A stretch of 64,000 nt of DNA from Selaginella moellendorffii (Eukaryota; Plantae; Lycopodiophyta), in the NCBI RefSeq assembly GCF_000143415.4, contig NW_003314406.1, positions 205,007-269,006 on the forward strand, read 5' to 3'. Each line of letters opens with the position of its first letter. Position 1 is the stretch's first letter. Both the position numbers and the translations under genes were made by a program. Shown here piece after piece: positions 25,602 to 39,073 of the stretch. Below the pieces are notes generated by a model. That model saw only the letters and a program-made list of their open reading frames with translations, was not told where the DNA came from and made no database searches.

Positions 25602-26599
25602 ATTGCTAGAGCTTTTATCAATTCCTTTTGTCCAAGTGTTAGTAGACTAGGCTTTGCATTTGTATTTGGCCGAAAGAGCATAAGGAAGGAATTCTTAAGT
25701 GTTTATTACTTAGCTCAGTTTAAGTGTTTATTACTTAGCATACTTAGCTCAGTTTGTTAGTTCTCTTTCGCTCTATCTTGCACTTAGCTTAGCAAGAACC
25801 CTTGTGTATTAAGACTTGTCCCTCAGTATTGCTAGATGATAGCTTATCATGTCTGCCAAACACCCTTGCTATCATGCACCTTGTGTTAGTACCATTTGGT
25901 CCCAAATGCTATTTATGGAAAGTATCTAGATTTGCTTATTTGGCATATTGATGGTATGTAGAGATTGTTCTGAAAACAATGGTGCTCATCCCGTGTCCAA
26001 ATTTGTAATCTAAAAACATTCCATTTAATAAATTTCAAGCTTGTCCCAAAGACTAACTCTTGGTATTAATGATGGCTAAGGGTGAAAGCCCAAAGCATGT
26101 GTTCCTCAAGGGTTCCATGAACAAAGATATCTACCATGGGATTATAGTGTGGGTGGATGACTAATTGCCTCATATAGAATAGTTAATTTACACAATGGAA
26201 GGATTGGTAAATTCAGTGTGAAAATGGAGGTGTTGGTTCCCCTTGGCTCAATAAGACATTGAAATCTCTGAAGGGGGGTGAATGTAGTACATATGATCAT
26301 GAGATGAAATTTGGATATACTGTCATTGTGAATTCTTGGAACCTTGGGGGATAAATGGGGATAAATAGCCAATAAGGGCTCTTTATCAAGAAAATTATTT
26401 TTTTCCAATTGGATTAAAGGGAGAGAGATAGGGTGTGCTATAACTAGTCATAATGGAAAGACACTTTCAAGCTACTTATCATTTATTTGTGATTTAGGGG
26501 ACTAAAGCACGTTTGGGGGAGGGGCAATAGTACAGAAAAGTTTGATAATATTTTTCTATCTGAATTTCCTTACAGATTACCTCTATTACAAGATATGGA

Positions 26600-28330
26600 G
26601 TAAGAGATATACTAACTTCCTAGACTATGCTATGCCTTTTCTTGAGGTTCCTCACCACCTAACCACCCCTGAGCTACCTCAAAAACTCCACTACGTTGCC
26701 GCTCCACTATAAGCCCTAGAGTAGGTTAAGTCCCTTACCCTAACATGCTTTAGTATACCCTTGAGCCTCCCTTTGACTGACATTGACCATGTGGTCAAAG
26801 CTAGTGCATGACAATTCTTCCCCCCGAATAAAGTCCTTGTCCCAAGAACAAGTTGTACTAGTGTATAGTGGGGAACCTTGGTCTAGCTTCCATAGTGGTA
26901 TACATCAAGGAGGCATTGGGCCCATCACTCTAAAATAGTACACCTTTCAACTAACTAATATAAAATACTAGATGAATTTTTACCCTAGCTGGCAGCCACA
27001 CTTGATAAGCTACTTTACTAATGCGCTCCAACACTTCATATGGGCCAGTATATCGATAGAAAAGTTTATCACTCTTCTCTATCTGTAAAGGCACCAAGAT
27101 GTTCCGCTGCTCACTTGATGAAAAGATCACTCACACAAAAACGAGATCACCCACCTTATATTCCCAAAATTGGTGATGCTCATTAGCAAACTTCTCCGCT
27201 CTATCATAAACTGCCTGCAAATGCCATTTACACACCACCAGAATCTCATCAAATTCTATGGCTAGATCAGTCGCTTCATAATCAAGCTTATCTTGAACGT
27301 CCTTACTCAAATGCAATCTCAATTCCACCATTGTTTAGGGATGCTTTTTAAATATGCCAAAGTAAGGACTTAGCTTGGTTCCACTATATTGGCTATTGTT
27401 GTAAGTAAATTGCACCAACAAAAGATATAGATCCCATTGTCCTTGCCTTTAATCAATGCTACAATGTAGCATATCTTCCACCACCTAATTCACACGCTCG
27501 GTTTGCCCATCTGTCTAAGGATGATCTCCACTCGAGAGTTTTAAAGTCACTTGCATAACCTTCGCAAAGCTCTTCCAAAATCCACTTGTGAACTTTGAAT
27601 CTTGATCACTAATGATGTCATAGCACCCCCATGGCACTTTAACCTGCTGATAGAGCTCGCATAATTTACAATACTCGAGAATGTCAACCTTCATATTCCT
27701 CCAATAAAAATTGTGCTTAATCAACTCATATATCTTCTTCCCCCCAAAATGACTGGCCTCTGGACAATCATGATAGTGGAATAAAACTTGAGTAATTAAT
27801 GCATCCACCGTGGCAAATATACACAGCCATTGTAGTAGAGAATCCCATCCATTAATGAGAAAGGGGCTGCCATCTAGTCTCACAAAAAGGCCACCTTAGA
27901 ATCCTAAACTTGAGTATGCTCAACCAACTGCCCAAACTTGCTGACCACTTTATTCAAATGATGACAAAACCGTGTTTGTAACGCCGTTACATGACAAACA
28001 TGAGATAAAGCATTTGCCACCACATTTGATTTTCCCTGACAATGCTCAATAGGAAACTCCCTAAACTCCATGAGTTTGACCATCCAACGAGCTTGCCTAA
28101 TGTTCAACTCCTTCTATGTGAAAAGATACACATGTGGTTTGTGATCCGTCAACACCATGAACACTACACCATAAAGATAGTGCTGCCACGTCCGCAAAGC
28201 ATGAACAATAAAGAGTAACTCTTGCTCATATATGGAATAGCGTTGTTCCATGGGATTCAAAGTTCGACTCTCATATGCAATAAGCTGTCCCTCTTGCATA
28301 AGAACTCCTCCCCACTGGTATTGCATGTCA
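26600..28330 (-). mobile_element. Family C 3' fragment: RNase H and integrase remnants, PPT and 3' LTR (ends 26813)
   Basis: GGVLMQEGQLIAYESR..YEQEL..TDHK; HDCPEASHFG..FYW..CKLC zinc finger; SDQDSKFTSGFW. Confidence 0.85.
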
Positions 28331-28347
28331 CTTGGTAAGGTTTCGAT

Positions 28348-30380
28348 GGGTAGTGGAACTTTTGAGGTAGCTCAAGGGTGGTTGGGTGGTGAGGAACCTC
28401 ATCTTTGTCTTTTTGTGCTAGATCATAACATTGGTATCAAAGGAGTTGGTTGTGATGGCTGACCAAGCTAAATGCTAGAATCCTATTGTCGATGGTGGTG
28501 GTGACAATGGTGCCGACGGAGCTACGAAGATTTGGACCATTCAAGATGTTGTTCATGAGCTGCGAGCCCTTAATCGAAATCAGCAAGAGATGCAAAACAA
28601 AATGTATGGTATGATGGATACCATGCACTCGAGGCACTCAAGGCTGGATGTGGTAGTGCTCCAAGTAAGCCTTCCTTGGTAGATCATCTCAAGATTCCAA
28701 CCTTTTTCGGTGATGGTGGTATGAATGAGTGTCTCACTTGGCTAGCTAATGTGAAGAAGTTTTTGGCTGTAAGGGAACTCCGGATGCAGAGGCTTTAGTG
28801 GCTATTCCAATGGTTTTGCGTGATACGGGTCTTCGGTGGTGGAATTGGTTTGAGGAGTCTTGTGTTGCGGATAAAAAACCACCAGTGTCTACCATAGATG
28901 AGTTTGAGGCTGCTTTCCATTTAAGTTTTGCCCCTCACTATGATGTGGAGAATGCTCACACAAAACTTTAACATTTCCAGCAAGGGAAATGACGCTCGGG
29001 GAATATATTGAGAAACTTACTTGCTTGATTGGCCGTATTCCAACAAAGGATCCAGATTAGAACAAGTTCTACTTCATTGATAGTCTTCATAGTGAGAGCA
29101 TGTGGCAACACTTGCATCATTCTCAGCCTACAAGGAGTTTGGAGGACCTCTTTGATACGGCTCATCAACTTGACAATGATAAGCACAAGCGTTCGCAAAG
29201 TCTTTCTATCGAGAATCATTGTGATGATCACCATGGACATAAGGATGGGAACAAGCACCACAAGTTGAAGCTGTGGTGACTACTTTGGATGCAAAGGGGT
29301 CAAAGAAGCAAAAGCTCTTTGTAAAGAATTATAGACAAGTTGTCATCATTGCGGCAAGCTTAGACACTACAAGGTTGATTGTCCACAGCTAAAGAATAGC
29401 AGGGCAAAAAGAATGGCCAATCTTCTACTAACGGTAAGTCAAATATTAAAAAGTTGCAAACTTTGCAGCATGAGGATGACAAAGATAACCATTCATGTCA
29501 GAAGAAGAGGTTTTCGATTGTTGTTTATTAACTCAACTGTGTATGGAATAAGATGGAGCTTGAGGATACTTGTGAATCAGCTTTAATGCTAAAGGGTGTG
29601 TTCCATGGCAGTCCAATGTGGATTTTACTAGATAGTGGGAGCGATAACAACTTTGTTTTTAGCAAAGTTTGTTACAGAGTATGGTCTAGTCATATGAGGC
29701 ATTCTTCCATACACGGTGGAAGGTGCAGCTACCTTTGCTTAGCATTTCGATACTTGTATCAAGGGGCTGGAAGTGTTAGTTAGCAAAACCACACTTGTGG
29801 AGACTTTTTATCTTGTGGATATCTATTGTGTGGATCTCATTCTTGGGATGTCATGGTTGGTGAAAGTGGATCTAGAGATAAAGTGGAGTATTAAGTGTGT
29901 CTCGCTAGAATATGGTGGCATTAAAGATGTGTGGTTTGGAGAGGGAGTTCAACCTCCAGTTGTTATGCTCTCTACTACATCTTTAAAGTGGGCTGTCGTA
30001 ATAGAAAAACACTTTCGAGTTACTTGCTGTTTGTTTGTAACTTGGGGGACCAAGGCACATGTAGAGGAAAAACAACAGTATGGGATGTAATTGATGAGTT
30101 TTCTGATGTTTTTTCATCTAAACTTCCTCATGGGTTGCCTCCATTACGAAGTGTGGAGCATGGGTTTACATTGGAGCTGGGGACGTGGCCAATTTATTAG
30201 TGTCCATTTCGGTTAAATTATATAAAGGAGTGCGAATTTCAACGATAAGTCAAGGAGTTACTTGAGTTTGGATTTATTCAGCCAACTAAGTCTCCGTTTG
30301 GTGCTTCAGTCTTGCTTGTGAAGAAGGACAGTTCAATATGGATATGTATAGACTACTGTGCCTTGAACAAAAAGATAGAG
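28348..30380 (+). mobile_element. Family C copy: partial 5' LTR, PBS (28431), decayed gag, protease and start of RT
   Basis: Colinear with 1-780 inverted; ILLDSGSDNNFV protease motif; LPHGLPPLRSVEH. Confidence 0.85.
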
Positions 30381-30564
30381 ATCTAGTCTTCCTAAACTAT
30401 ACTATGCCTCCTCTTGAGGTTCCTCACCACCCAACCACCCTCGAGCTACCTCAAAAGCTCCACTACACTGCCGCTCCACTGTCCCTTACCCCAACATGCC
30501 TTAAAATACCCTTGAGCCTCCCTTTGACCGATGTTGACCACATGGTCAAAGTTGGTGCCTAAAA

Positions 30565-32824
30565 ATATAAAGGAGCAAAAATAAGCTAAGGAGTTACATG
30601 AGTTTGGATTGATTTAGCCAAGTCTTTGTTTCGCACACCAATCTTGCTTGTGAAAAAGAATGACTTAATATAAATGTGTAATGATTATTGTGCTTTGAAC
30701 AACACAAGGGTGAAATGACAATGTTGTATGTGGATAATATTTTAGACAATCTTGGTGAAACCTTAGTATTTACCAGGATTAATTTTAGGAGTGGATATTA
30801 TCATATTGCAACAAATAACACATTTATCTCTAAGATGATATTCAAGATGATTTTCAGGCATTTTAAGTACATAGTTATGCCATTTAGATTGATTAATATA
30901 CCAACCACATTTACTCGGTTGATAATAGAAGTGTTTCTGCATTACCTACATGAGTTTGTGAAGATTTTCTTAGGGTATTTTTTTTTTTTAGAAAGAATAT
31001 AAAGGAGTATAAGATGCATTTATATAAGGTTCTTTTGTTATTATGTGGCAGCAAACTTTATGTGAATAAGAGCAAATGTGAATTTGCAAAAGTTGAGGTG
31101 AAGTATCTAGGTTACATTTTGATATTTACAAGTGTCAAGACATATCCAAGAAAAGTGGTTATGGTGAAGGGCTTACATTGACTTTACAATATTTCCAATA
31201 CAAGTTTGTGAAGGTGGCTATTCCTTTGATACAATTATTGTATAAGAATGTGTCATTCAAGTAAAAGATGCCATATGAAGATAATTTTATAGTGTTAAAA
31301 TAGTTGTTGAGCAAGGGTTTAGTGCTTTGTAATGCTTCACACTTTTGTTATTATTTGAGTAAAGTAGTTGGCAAGTTTGGGTAGTTGTTTGAGTATGCTC
31401 AAGCTTAGGATGCTAAGGTGGTCTCTTTGCAAGTCTAGATGGAAGCACCTTTCTCATTGATGGATGATATCTATTATAATATCTATGTGTATTTAGCATG
31501 GGTAGATGTGTTGATTGATCAAGTTATATTGCACTATCATAATCACCTAAAGGCTTATCATTTTTAAGGGAATAAAGGAGTTAATTAAGTGTAATTTTAA
31601 TAGAGGAATATAAAAGTTGATATCATTAAGTATTGTAAGTCATATAAACTCTATCACTAGGTACATGTGCTATAGGAGAAGTTAAGGGGAGCTTTGCAAC
31701 CTTCACTTTTCCCTCAAAGCCATCACTGTAATATTTTTAGAGACTTTATCACTTGTTTCCCATAAATATATAAGCAAAAGGAGCAAATATAAATCATAGT
31801 AGATTGATTGAAAAAGTATATGTAGTTGTTGGCTCTTTAAAAGACTATCACTACAAACTTGGCTATTGTCTTCTTAAAGAAAGTCTTTATTAATTTTAGT
31901 TTGTCAAAAGACATTATTAACAATCGAGAATCAAATTCACTAATGAATTTTCAAAGAGCTTTGTGAACCTCTCAAGTGGAAATCATTTTCAAACATATTG
32001 AGTGTATGAATTAGATGATGGAGGATATACTATGCTATAGCATTAGCAAGGCAGAGATAGTGGGATCTATATCTTCCATTGATACAATTCTCCTATAATA
32101 ATAACCAATATAGTGGAATCAAACTAAATCTTTACTATATCATGTTTAAAAGGCATCTCAAAATAAGTTTGGAGTTAGGATTGCATTTAAGTAAGGATGT
32201 TTAGGAGAAGCTTGATTTGGAGGCAATTAACCTTGCCACAAAACTTGATGAGATTTTGGTGGTGTATAAACTAAAATTGTAGGTTGCTTAGGACATAGTG
32301 GAGAAGTTTACCACCAATTTAAAAAATATAAGGTAGGAGATCTTGTATTTGTGTGAGCCAAAGATCTTTCTTTCTAATGAGTGGCAAAACACCATAGTGT
32401 TTTTATGGGTGCGAAGGGTGATAAACTTTCTCACAGATATGCTAGTTTATATAACATATTAGAACATATTTGTAAGGTAGTTTATTAGATGCAATTGTCA
32501 ATTGAGGTGAAGATTCATATAATATTTTATGTGAACCAGTTGAAATATGTACTATCTTGGGGTAAAGGTTCTAATGACTCCTTGATGTATATGGTTATAA
32601 ATGATGGATCAAGAGCTTGAATAAAGTTCCTATAAAATATGATAATTAGTTTGGGACAAGGATTTTGTTAAGGGGGAAGATAAATTGTTAAGCACCAACT
32701 TTGACCATGGATTAAAGGTTAGCTCAAATGTATATTAAAGCATGGACTTAAAATAAAGGCTTAACTTACCCTAAGGGTTTATAGTGGTGGTGGTGTAGTG
32801 GAGCTATTGAGATAGCTTGAGTGT
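30565..32824 (+). pseudogene. Much older, AT-eroded family C pol and start of 3' LTR (32686); the LTR resumes at 52054-52146
   Basis: FRSGYYHI..YIVMPFRLINIPTTF RT remnants; PPT AGGGGGAAGA; the LTR halves join across element B2. Confidence 0.78.
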
Positions 32825-33043
32825 TGTCGCGAATGTGACTTCGGGTATCGAAAGTTACCTGTCAACCAATCCTTACGTACACTCTTTCCTTACTGCCACG
32901 ACGGCAGAAGGTCGGTATTGTTGGTTCCTTTTATCAGCCCCTCTTGTTCAAGTGTTAGTAAACTGGGCTTAGCACCTGTACTTAACCAGATGGACATAAG
33001 GTAGGAACTCCTATGTGTTTCTAGCTGAGCATACTCGGCTTGG

Positions 33044-33237
33044 TGTAAGCTCCTGAGTTTGGACTTCCCGGGAGGTCACCCAGCCCAGTACTATTCAAAC
33101 CCAAGGACGCTTAACTCCAACTATCCCAAGACCCTTAACCGATTGGAAAAGGGGGTGCACTCTTGTTCATGGGCCCTTTCCCTCTATATTTGAACCCCAT
33201 GGATCGTCTCTCGAATCGTTCCCTTTGGTTGCTTACA
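33044..33237 (-). mobile_element. Cassandra-like solo LTR carrying a 5S rRNA internal-promoter segment
   Basis: 194 bp, TGTAAG..CTTACA, TSD CTTGG; minus strand GGAGTTAAGCGTCCTTGGG..TAGTACTGGGCTGGGTGACCTCCCGGGAAGTCC matches the 5S A box/IE/C box region. Confidence 0.9.
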
Positions 33238-34041
33238 CTTGGCTCTTAGTTCTCTTTTGCTCTGTCTTGCACTGGCTTGACAAGAACCCTCATGTATTGA
33301 GATTGGTCCCTCAATATCACTGGATGATAGCTTACCATGTCTGCCAAACACCCTCGCTATCATGCCCTTTGTGTTAGTTTCATTTCGGTCCCAAATGCTA
33401 TTTATGGAAAGTGTCCAGATTTACTCATTTGGCATATTTACAAAATGTAGAGATCGGCTTGAACACAATGGTGTTCGTCCCGTGTCCAAATTCACAATTT
33501 AGGGACATTCCATATTTAGTAAGTTTCGAGCTTGTCCCAAAAATTAACTCCTGATACTAAGGGAGGCTTGGGGTGAAAGCCCAAAGTGTGTGTTTCTCAA
33601 GGGGGGGGGGGGGGGGGGGGGCTATAAGGGGTTCCAAATGTATAATAGGGATAGTGGGTAGGTCGAGCATAGCCGACCAACCTGAGGCATAGTCTAGCTC
33701 CCGCTTGCGTGCCTGTCCTTGTTCTGCATCCAGCTTGGGTCTAAGCCCAAGTTCCATTCCATGCTAGCTGGTGGAGTACCCATGTCCTCACGTTAGGCCA
33801 CCGGTATGCTGAAATAGCGCCAGACTCCGTTTGGCTCCGTTTTGCATGCTGGTCTTGGCATTGGGATGCTGGTTACTCTAGGACTGTTCCAAGTCGCTCT
33901 GGGCTCCTGTCCCTTCGCTCCTTGGGCTGTACACTCGGGAGTTGCTCTATGGTCCGGTTCTATCACTCCTTGGCTCCATGTTGGGGAGTTTGGCACCGTT
34001 CCTTCATTCAGTGGCCCAAGGCCCTAAACCTCGGGTTCCAC

Positions 34042-34435
34042 TGTTAGGCACCAGGTCAAGATAATAGGATAAGGAAAGGGCCCTGCAATCAAGTGATCAC
34101 CCCTTTAGCCAGTTGGCTTAGGGTGTAAGGGATATGATCCTAACATTGGTATCGGAGCCCAGTTCGATTCTCGTGGCTGACGAGTGGGGCAAGAATATTC
34201 TAAAGGAATATTCAACATGGTGGATCTAGAGGGAGAACCAAGGTTTGGTAGACCCTAAGAGAAGGACCATGGTGACCGGATGGTGGCCTAAGTATGATCG
34301 CGGACGATCATTCCCTGACGAGGGGGAGGATTGTCAGGCACCAGGTCAGGATAATAGAATAAGGAAAGGGCCCTGCAATCAAGTGATCACCCCTTTAGCC
34401 AGTTGGCTTAAGGTGTAAGGGATAGGATCCTAACA
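34042..34435 (+). mobile_element. Complete TRIM (394 bp)
   Basis: Two 104-bp LTRs (34042-34145, 34332-34435), PBS TTGGTATCGGAGC, PPT GAGGGGGAGGA, flanking duplication TTCCAC. Confidence 0.93.
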
Positions 34436-37400
34436 TTCCACACCATGTTCCTTTGGACATGTGGCATGTGACACATGGCATCTATCATGTGGTATAAAGA
34501 GGGTTTAGGTTCCGCTTCGTGGTGTTATCCTATAGTAAATCACCATAGGATAAAGGGTCAAAACCACGTGCGCTACATTTGGTATCAGAGAATCAATCTC
34601 AACGAATATTATTCAATGAGATTGGGCAAATAGTCTCGTTGCATACGCAAAGATGAAAATGATGATCCGAGTGGGTACACGTTTGGGTGCAAAGGCTTTG
34701 CAATCGTCCCTTGGGTATGGTTTTTTTTTACCTTTTTGTACCGTGATAATGTGAGCTTGCTCTTGGGCTCATAAGAAGGATTAAGTTGTTCCGTTTACAC
34801 AAGTTTGAGCTTGGGCTCGTGAGTGAGGCATATTAGCAACTCAAGGTTACACTTTGAGTTGGCAGGATTAATGTTAGTCTATCGGTGGTTCCATGAGTTG
34901 TTCCATGTACCATGGGTGAAAGCAAACCACCTTAGATTTGCTATGAGTGGCAAATACGCTAGTCCATAGCTGTTTAGCACGACACTAGTAGATCCTTCCT
35001 AGGCATGATTACAAGTGAATTGACCAAGACTGTAGGGATTAGTCTATTGATTCAGGTAGTCATTGCCATGCTCTCTCATAAACTTTTCTTGAATTGGATT
35101 GAAGGCAGTGCGAAAGCAAGCTTAAGGTTTAGTCAAAGATGAGGCCGAAAAGAGAGTCATCAGGGACAAAGGATCAATTACGTAAATTATTTTCTCTTCT
35201 TGGAGAGATGATTTGCAACGACGTGTGACTCATTACTCATATACACATTATGCAATCAAGAGTCCCTATCTTGGTGTATATTAGAAATGATGGCCTTACA
35301 AATGATGAGTTGTGGGATGGATAGTGGTGAAACACTATACCATTTTTGTCTAGGCTTGCTATTGGAAGACTTGAGTTACAATGCTCAATTCTTTTCTAGG
35401 GAACCTTGCTATTGCTCCTTGAGTAGCTTAGTGTTGGATTAGTTTTGAGTTTGGTTGGAAAGAGAGTGGCATGAGCTTGTCAGTGTTGTGAACAAAAGTT
35501 AGTGGTGTTGGGTGTTGTAAATCTCTATCAGTGGAATGTGGCATTTATGTTGCATTTTGTCGAATTGAGTTGGCACTTGATGCTCACATAAACCTTTGAA
35601 GTAATAATATTGGCATTGCTCGTGGTGTTGCTCAATTGATGATCAAATCATTGTGATACTTATATAATATCCATGTGATAATGAGCAATGTGTTTTATGA
35701 AGTTGCTTGGTTAAACGATTATCAACCCCAAAGTGGTTGATGGTGAAACTACTCTACTTACACAAAGTAGCATTGTAGTAGTTTTGACTGAATTCTAGAT
35801 GGTAGTCTATTATGCTAAGCTTAAGTTAGTTCCTTGTTTCCTTGAGGGTTTGCCCATAAGGTGTTAGAAAAGGTTATAGCATTCACTTGCTATGGCTTGT
35901 TAGTTGATCTATTAGCACTTGGAGTAGATTATTGGATGGAGAAGGTGTGTAGTTGAGGCATTGACATCATTAACACTTGTGTTAGTGGAAATGGCATTGT
36001 TGATTCGAGTGATGAGGAATTTTCCTTAGACCTTGATTTTCCATGTCATTTTTCTTGTTAGTGTTTGGCTTCACATTGGATCTTGAGAATGATTGAAGAA
36101 GAGTGTTAGTGCAATGTGGATATCCGAAGATGTGGTCTTCGTGATCAAGCCTTGGATGTTCACTTTGCATTTTGAGGATATCGGTGTTGGATGTCGAAAG
36201 TATGGGCAAAAAGAGATGTTCGAGGCATAAACATACTATGAGTCATGAGAATTTGTGTTAAGGTGAACATATGTGAAGTTGTTAGTAAGAAGAAGTTGAT
36301 TGAGTCTTGAAAGTTTGCATTCCTAGACTAAGAGTCATTCTTTCTCTAGGATGGAAAATTTTTCACAAATTTTCTTAGGCTTTCAAATGGCTGATCTTTT
36401 GATCACTTTGCCCGAAAATCATTTCATTTTCTTAAGCCAATACAAACTAGTGAAGGGGTTGGAGTTGACTTTGGTTGGCTTAGACCTTAATAAGTAGTTT
36501 GTATGATGCGACCTGAAAGGGATGCTGACTTTTGGGGCTAAGGCAATTGAGTTGGATAGAGTCTGGAGTTGGTGTAGAAAAGTGGCCGTTGTGCTTTTCT
36601 AGAAAGGTGACCCTTGTGCCTTTCTTCTGTAGCGTTATGCTTGATGGCAGGTTGCACCTTGTATTATGTTAGACTCTATGAGAGTAGTGAGCTTTCACTG
36701 ATCTTGACTTAGTCTTGGTAGCCCTGCGCCTTGGCTGAGGATGGTGATGTTTAACTTAGTTGTTTAAGTTTGAGATGTTGGTACCCGTACTATAGCTTTG
36801 TTTATAAGGAAGTTGTGTAGCGATATAAGTCCATCTCATGGTCTTCACTTTAGTTTCAATTGAGTGTTGGTCATGCATAGCTAGCCTCTTCAAGGCATGC
36901 TCAGAGCTATTGACTAGATGTGTTGGTGAGCTTATCGCGGTTGAGTTAGATTTGAGTGGTCATTTAGTTTGTGCTTGTCCATGAACCTTTATCTCGTACT
37001 TAGGGTATCACGTTCATGTTAGACAAATACGTGACTCGATGACGTGAGTTTAGTGTTTAGGTCTTGTGAAGGCAAGTTGAAAAGTGATTGTTAGTTGTTT
37101 TACAATTAGTGATTGCTTGTAGACTTCGTCAAAGAACTGTTGACATTTGCTTCACTCGATGATGATTTAGCAGTGATAAACTTGCTTTACCAAATGATGT
37201 TGCGGAGGATCGTGTCATTAGACTTATATAGGTTTTCCATGTTGGCATGTCAATTCTACCTTTTGTCAATATCATTTGGTTACATTTAGTCTGTGGTGTT
37301 AGATTTCATTGAGTCTTGGATGTGGTGAATCACTCTTTAATGATGTGTTATCTGTACCTGAGTAATGTTGAAGAATTGCTCTTGGATATTGAGTAATGTA

Positions 37401-39073
37401 TTTTCGACCTTGGTTAGCTTAGTTGCTAGAGAGTTTTGAGTGGTGATTCACTCTTGCTTTCTTCTAGCTTTGTTATAGTGTTGATGGCATTAAAGTGATG
37501 CCTTGTCATTGATATTATTGATGTTGAGATTCAGGTGAAATGAGATGTCTATCCTTAGAATTGATATTGAGTTTCATTACTCTCGATAGAGATAGTGTTA
37601 ATGATTTGGCCATGACTTTGTGTTATTAGCATTCGCGCATTTGCTAGTTAGCAACTATGTTGACGTTCAAATGAACTGAGTGGCAAGTTTGAGTTAGTTG
37701 TGTTCTAGACGAGATTATTTAGTAGAGGTTGAGCTTTGGCTTTTCCTTGAAAAGTGATTCAGTCATGGACTATGCTAACTCTACAAGCGGAAGAGTTAGT
37801 GATCGATATTGGAAAGTTTGAATCCTTATTGGGTTTGAATTGGAATATATCGATCATTGATAATTCTTCTTATGCTTGTTATGAAGTGAGTTATGTCTTG
37901 CTATAGATAGATTCATGGAGGATCGTTTGGTGATCACTTGTCGAGCATAGCTTTATTATGCTTAGCTTTTGGATTTATACAGATATGCTCTTCATTAGCT
38001 TTGCATTATGAAGTTTAGCTTATGAATGTGTTGAGGAGGATATTGTGGGTTGTACCATGATTTCTTCTTTAGCATTAACATTAGTTCATGCAAGACTTGT
38101 GATCATTGTTAGGCACGACTTGGCTATAGACTTCTTCAAGCTTTTGGTACTTTGAGTTTTTCGTGCTCATTGTTCCATTTGTTAGAAGCTGTTGGGGAAC
38201 GCATTTTGGCTCATTAGCTTCGATATTGAAGTTAGTATTTGCATCTGGCAATCATTGGCAATGATTAACTATCATTTAGGATAGTTGATTATTCTTGTCA
38301 AAAAAAGTTTTGCTTGATTATTGTTGCTATAGAATGATTTGTCATTCTTCGGGATGGTAGATTCTTTCTTCAACGATGATTATGCATCACTGCATTGATG
38401 GGATAATTGATGATCTTTCATGATAGTTAGTTGTTCTCTTTGATGGCTTATGGCTTTTTGCAATACCACATGTTCTTTGTGGTTTTTTCTGGATTGGTCT
38501 CTTGGGTTTAAGACATCAATAGGATGTTGCTGACACTTGCTTAGGCAACTTGAGTTCCTTGGTGTTGTTGGCTGGGATCTATTCAAATTGGCTAATGCGA
38601 TGGTTGGTATGAATATTATATTTATTGGTCTTAAGCTCTATTTCGTTAAAGTGGGAATTGTCATTATCCCACTTGTAAAATAAGGTTTCCAAACCTTTAT
38701 ATAGTATATAAATATAACAAAATTCAACTGCATTGAGGCACATGCCATTTTATTTTAAACAAGGAAATATCTACTCAATCACTTCTCCTCCCCCTGCCAC
38801 TGCTTCACCTCTCTCTTCTCCTTGTCATCGTCGTCCAATTTCTTTCCATCCTTTTAATATTGGCTCAGTTGCTCCGAGTCTAAGTGGAGCCCAAGTCCCC
38901 ATTCAATCTTTACTTTCCCCTTATTAATAAAATAACTTCGTAGACTTCAATAACATGCTGTAACACTTCTAGTATAATGCAAATCCTCTCAAAGAATTGT
39001 CTTTTAATATTAATACAATGGCATGGAACCCCATGCCATAATAAGTTACATTTTTAAATAAATACATGCCATC

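Larger units (their letters stand above)
15179..26112 (+). mobile_element. Older family B fragment (3' internal region and partial LTR from 25470), split by element B1
   Basis: 15179-15474 and 24679-25469 join into sequence matching the B2 internal 3' end; PPT then TGTCGCAAATG at 25470. Confidence 0.75.

Noticed and set aside
33061-33118. 5S rRNA gene
   Set aside because: Only about 55 nt of the internal promoter region is present, embedded in a TSD-flanked LTR
34175-34325. Hammerhead ribozyme (CTGACGA twice in the TRIM)
   Set aside because: No GAAA core strand or stem II at the proper spacing
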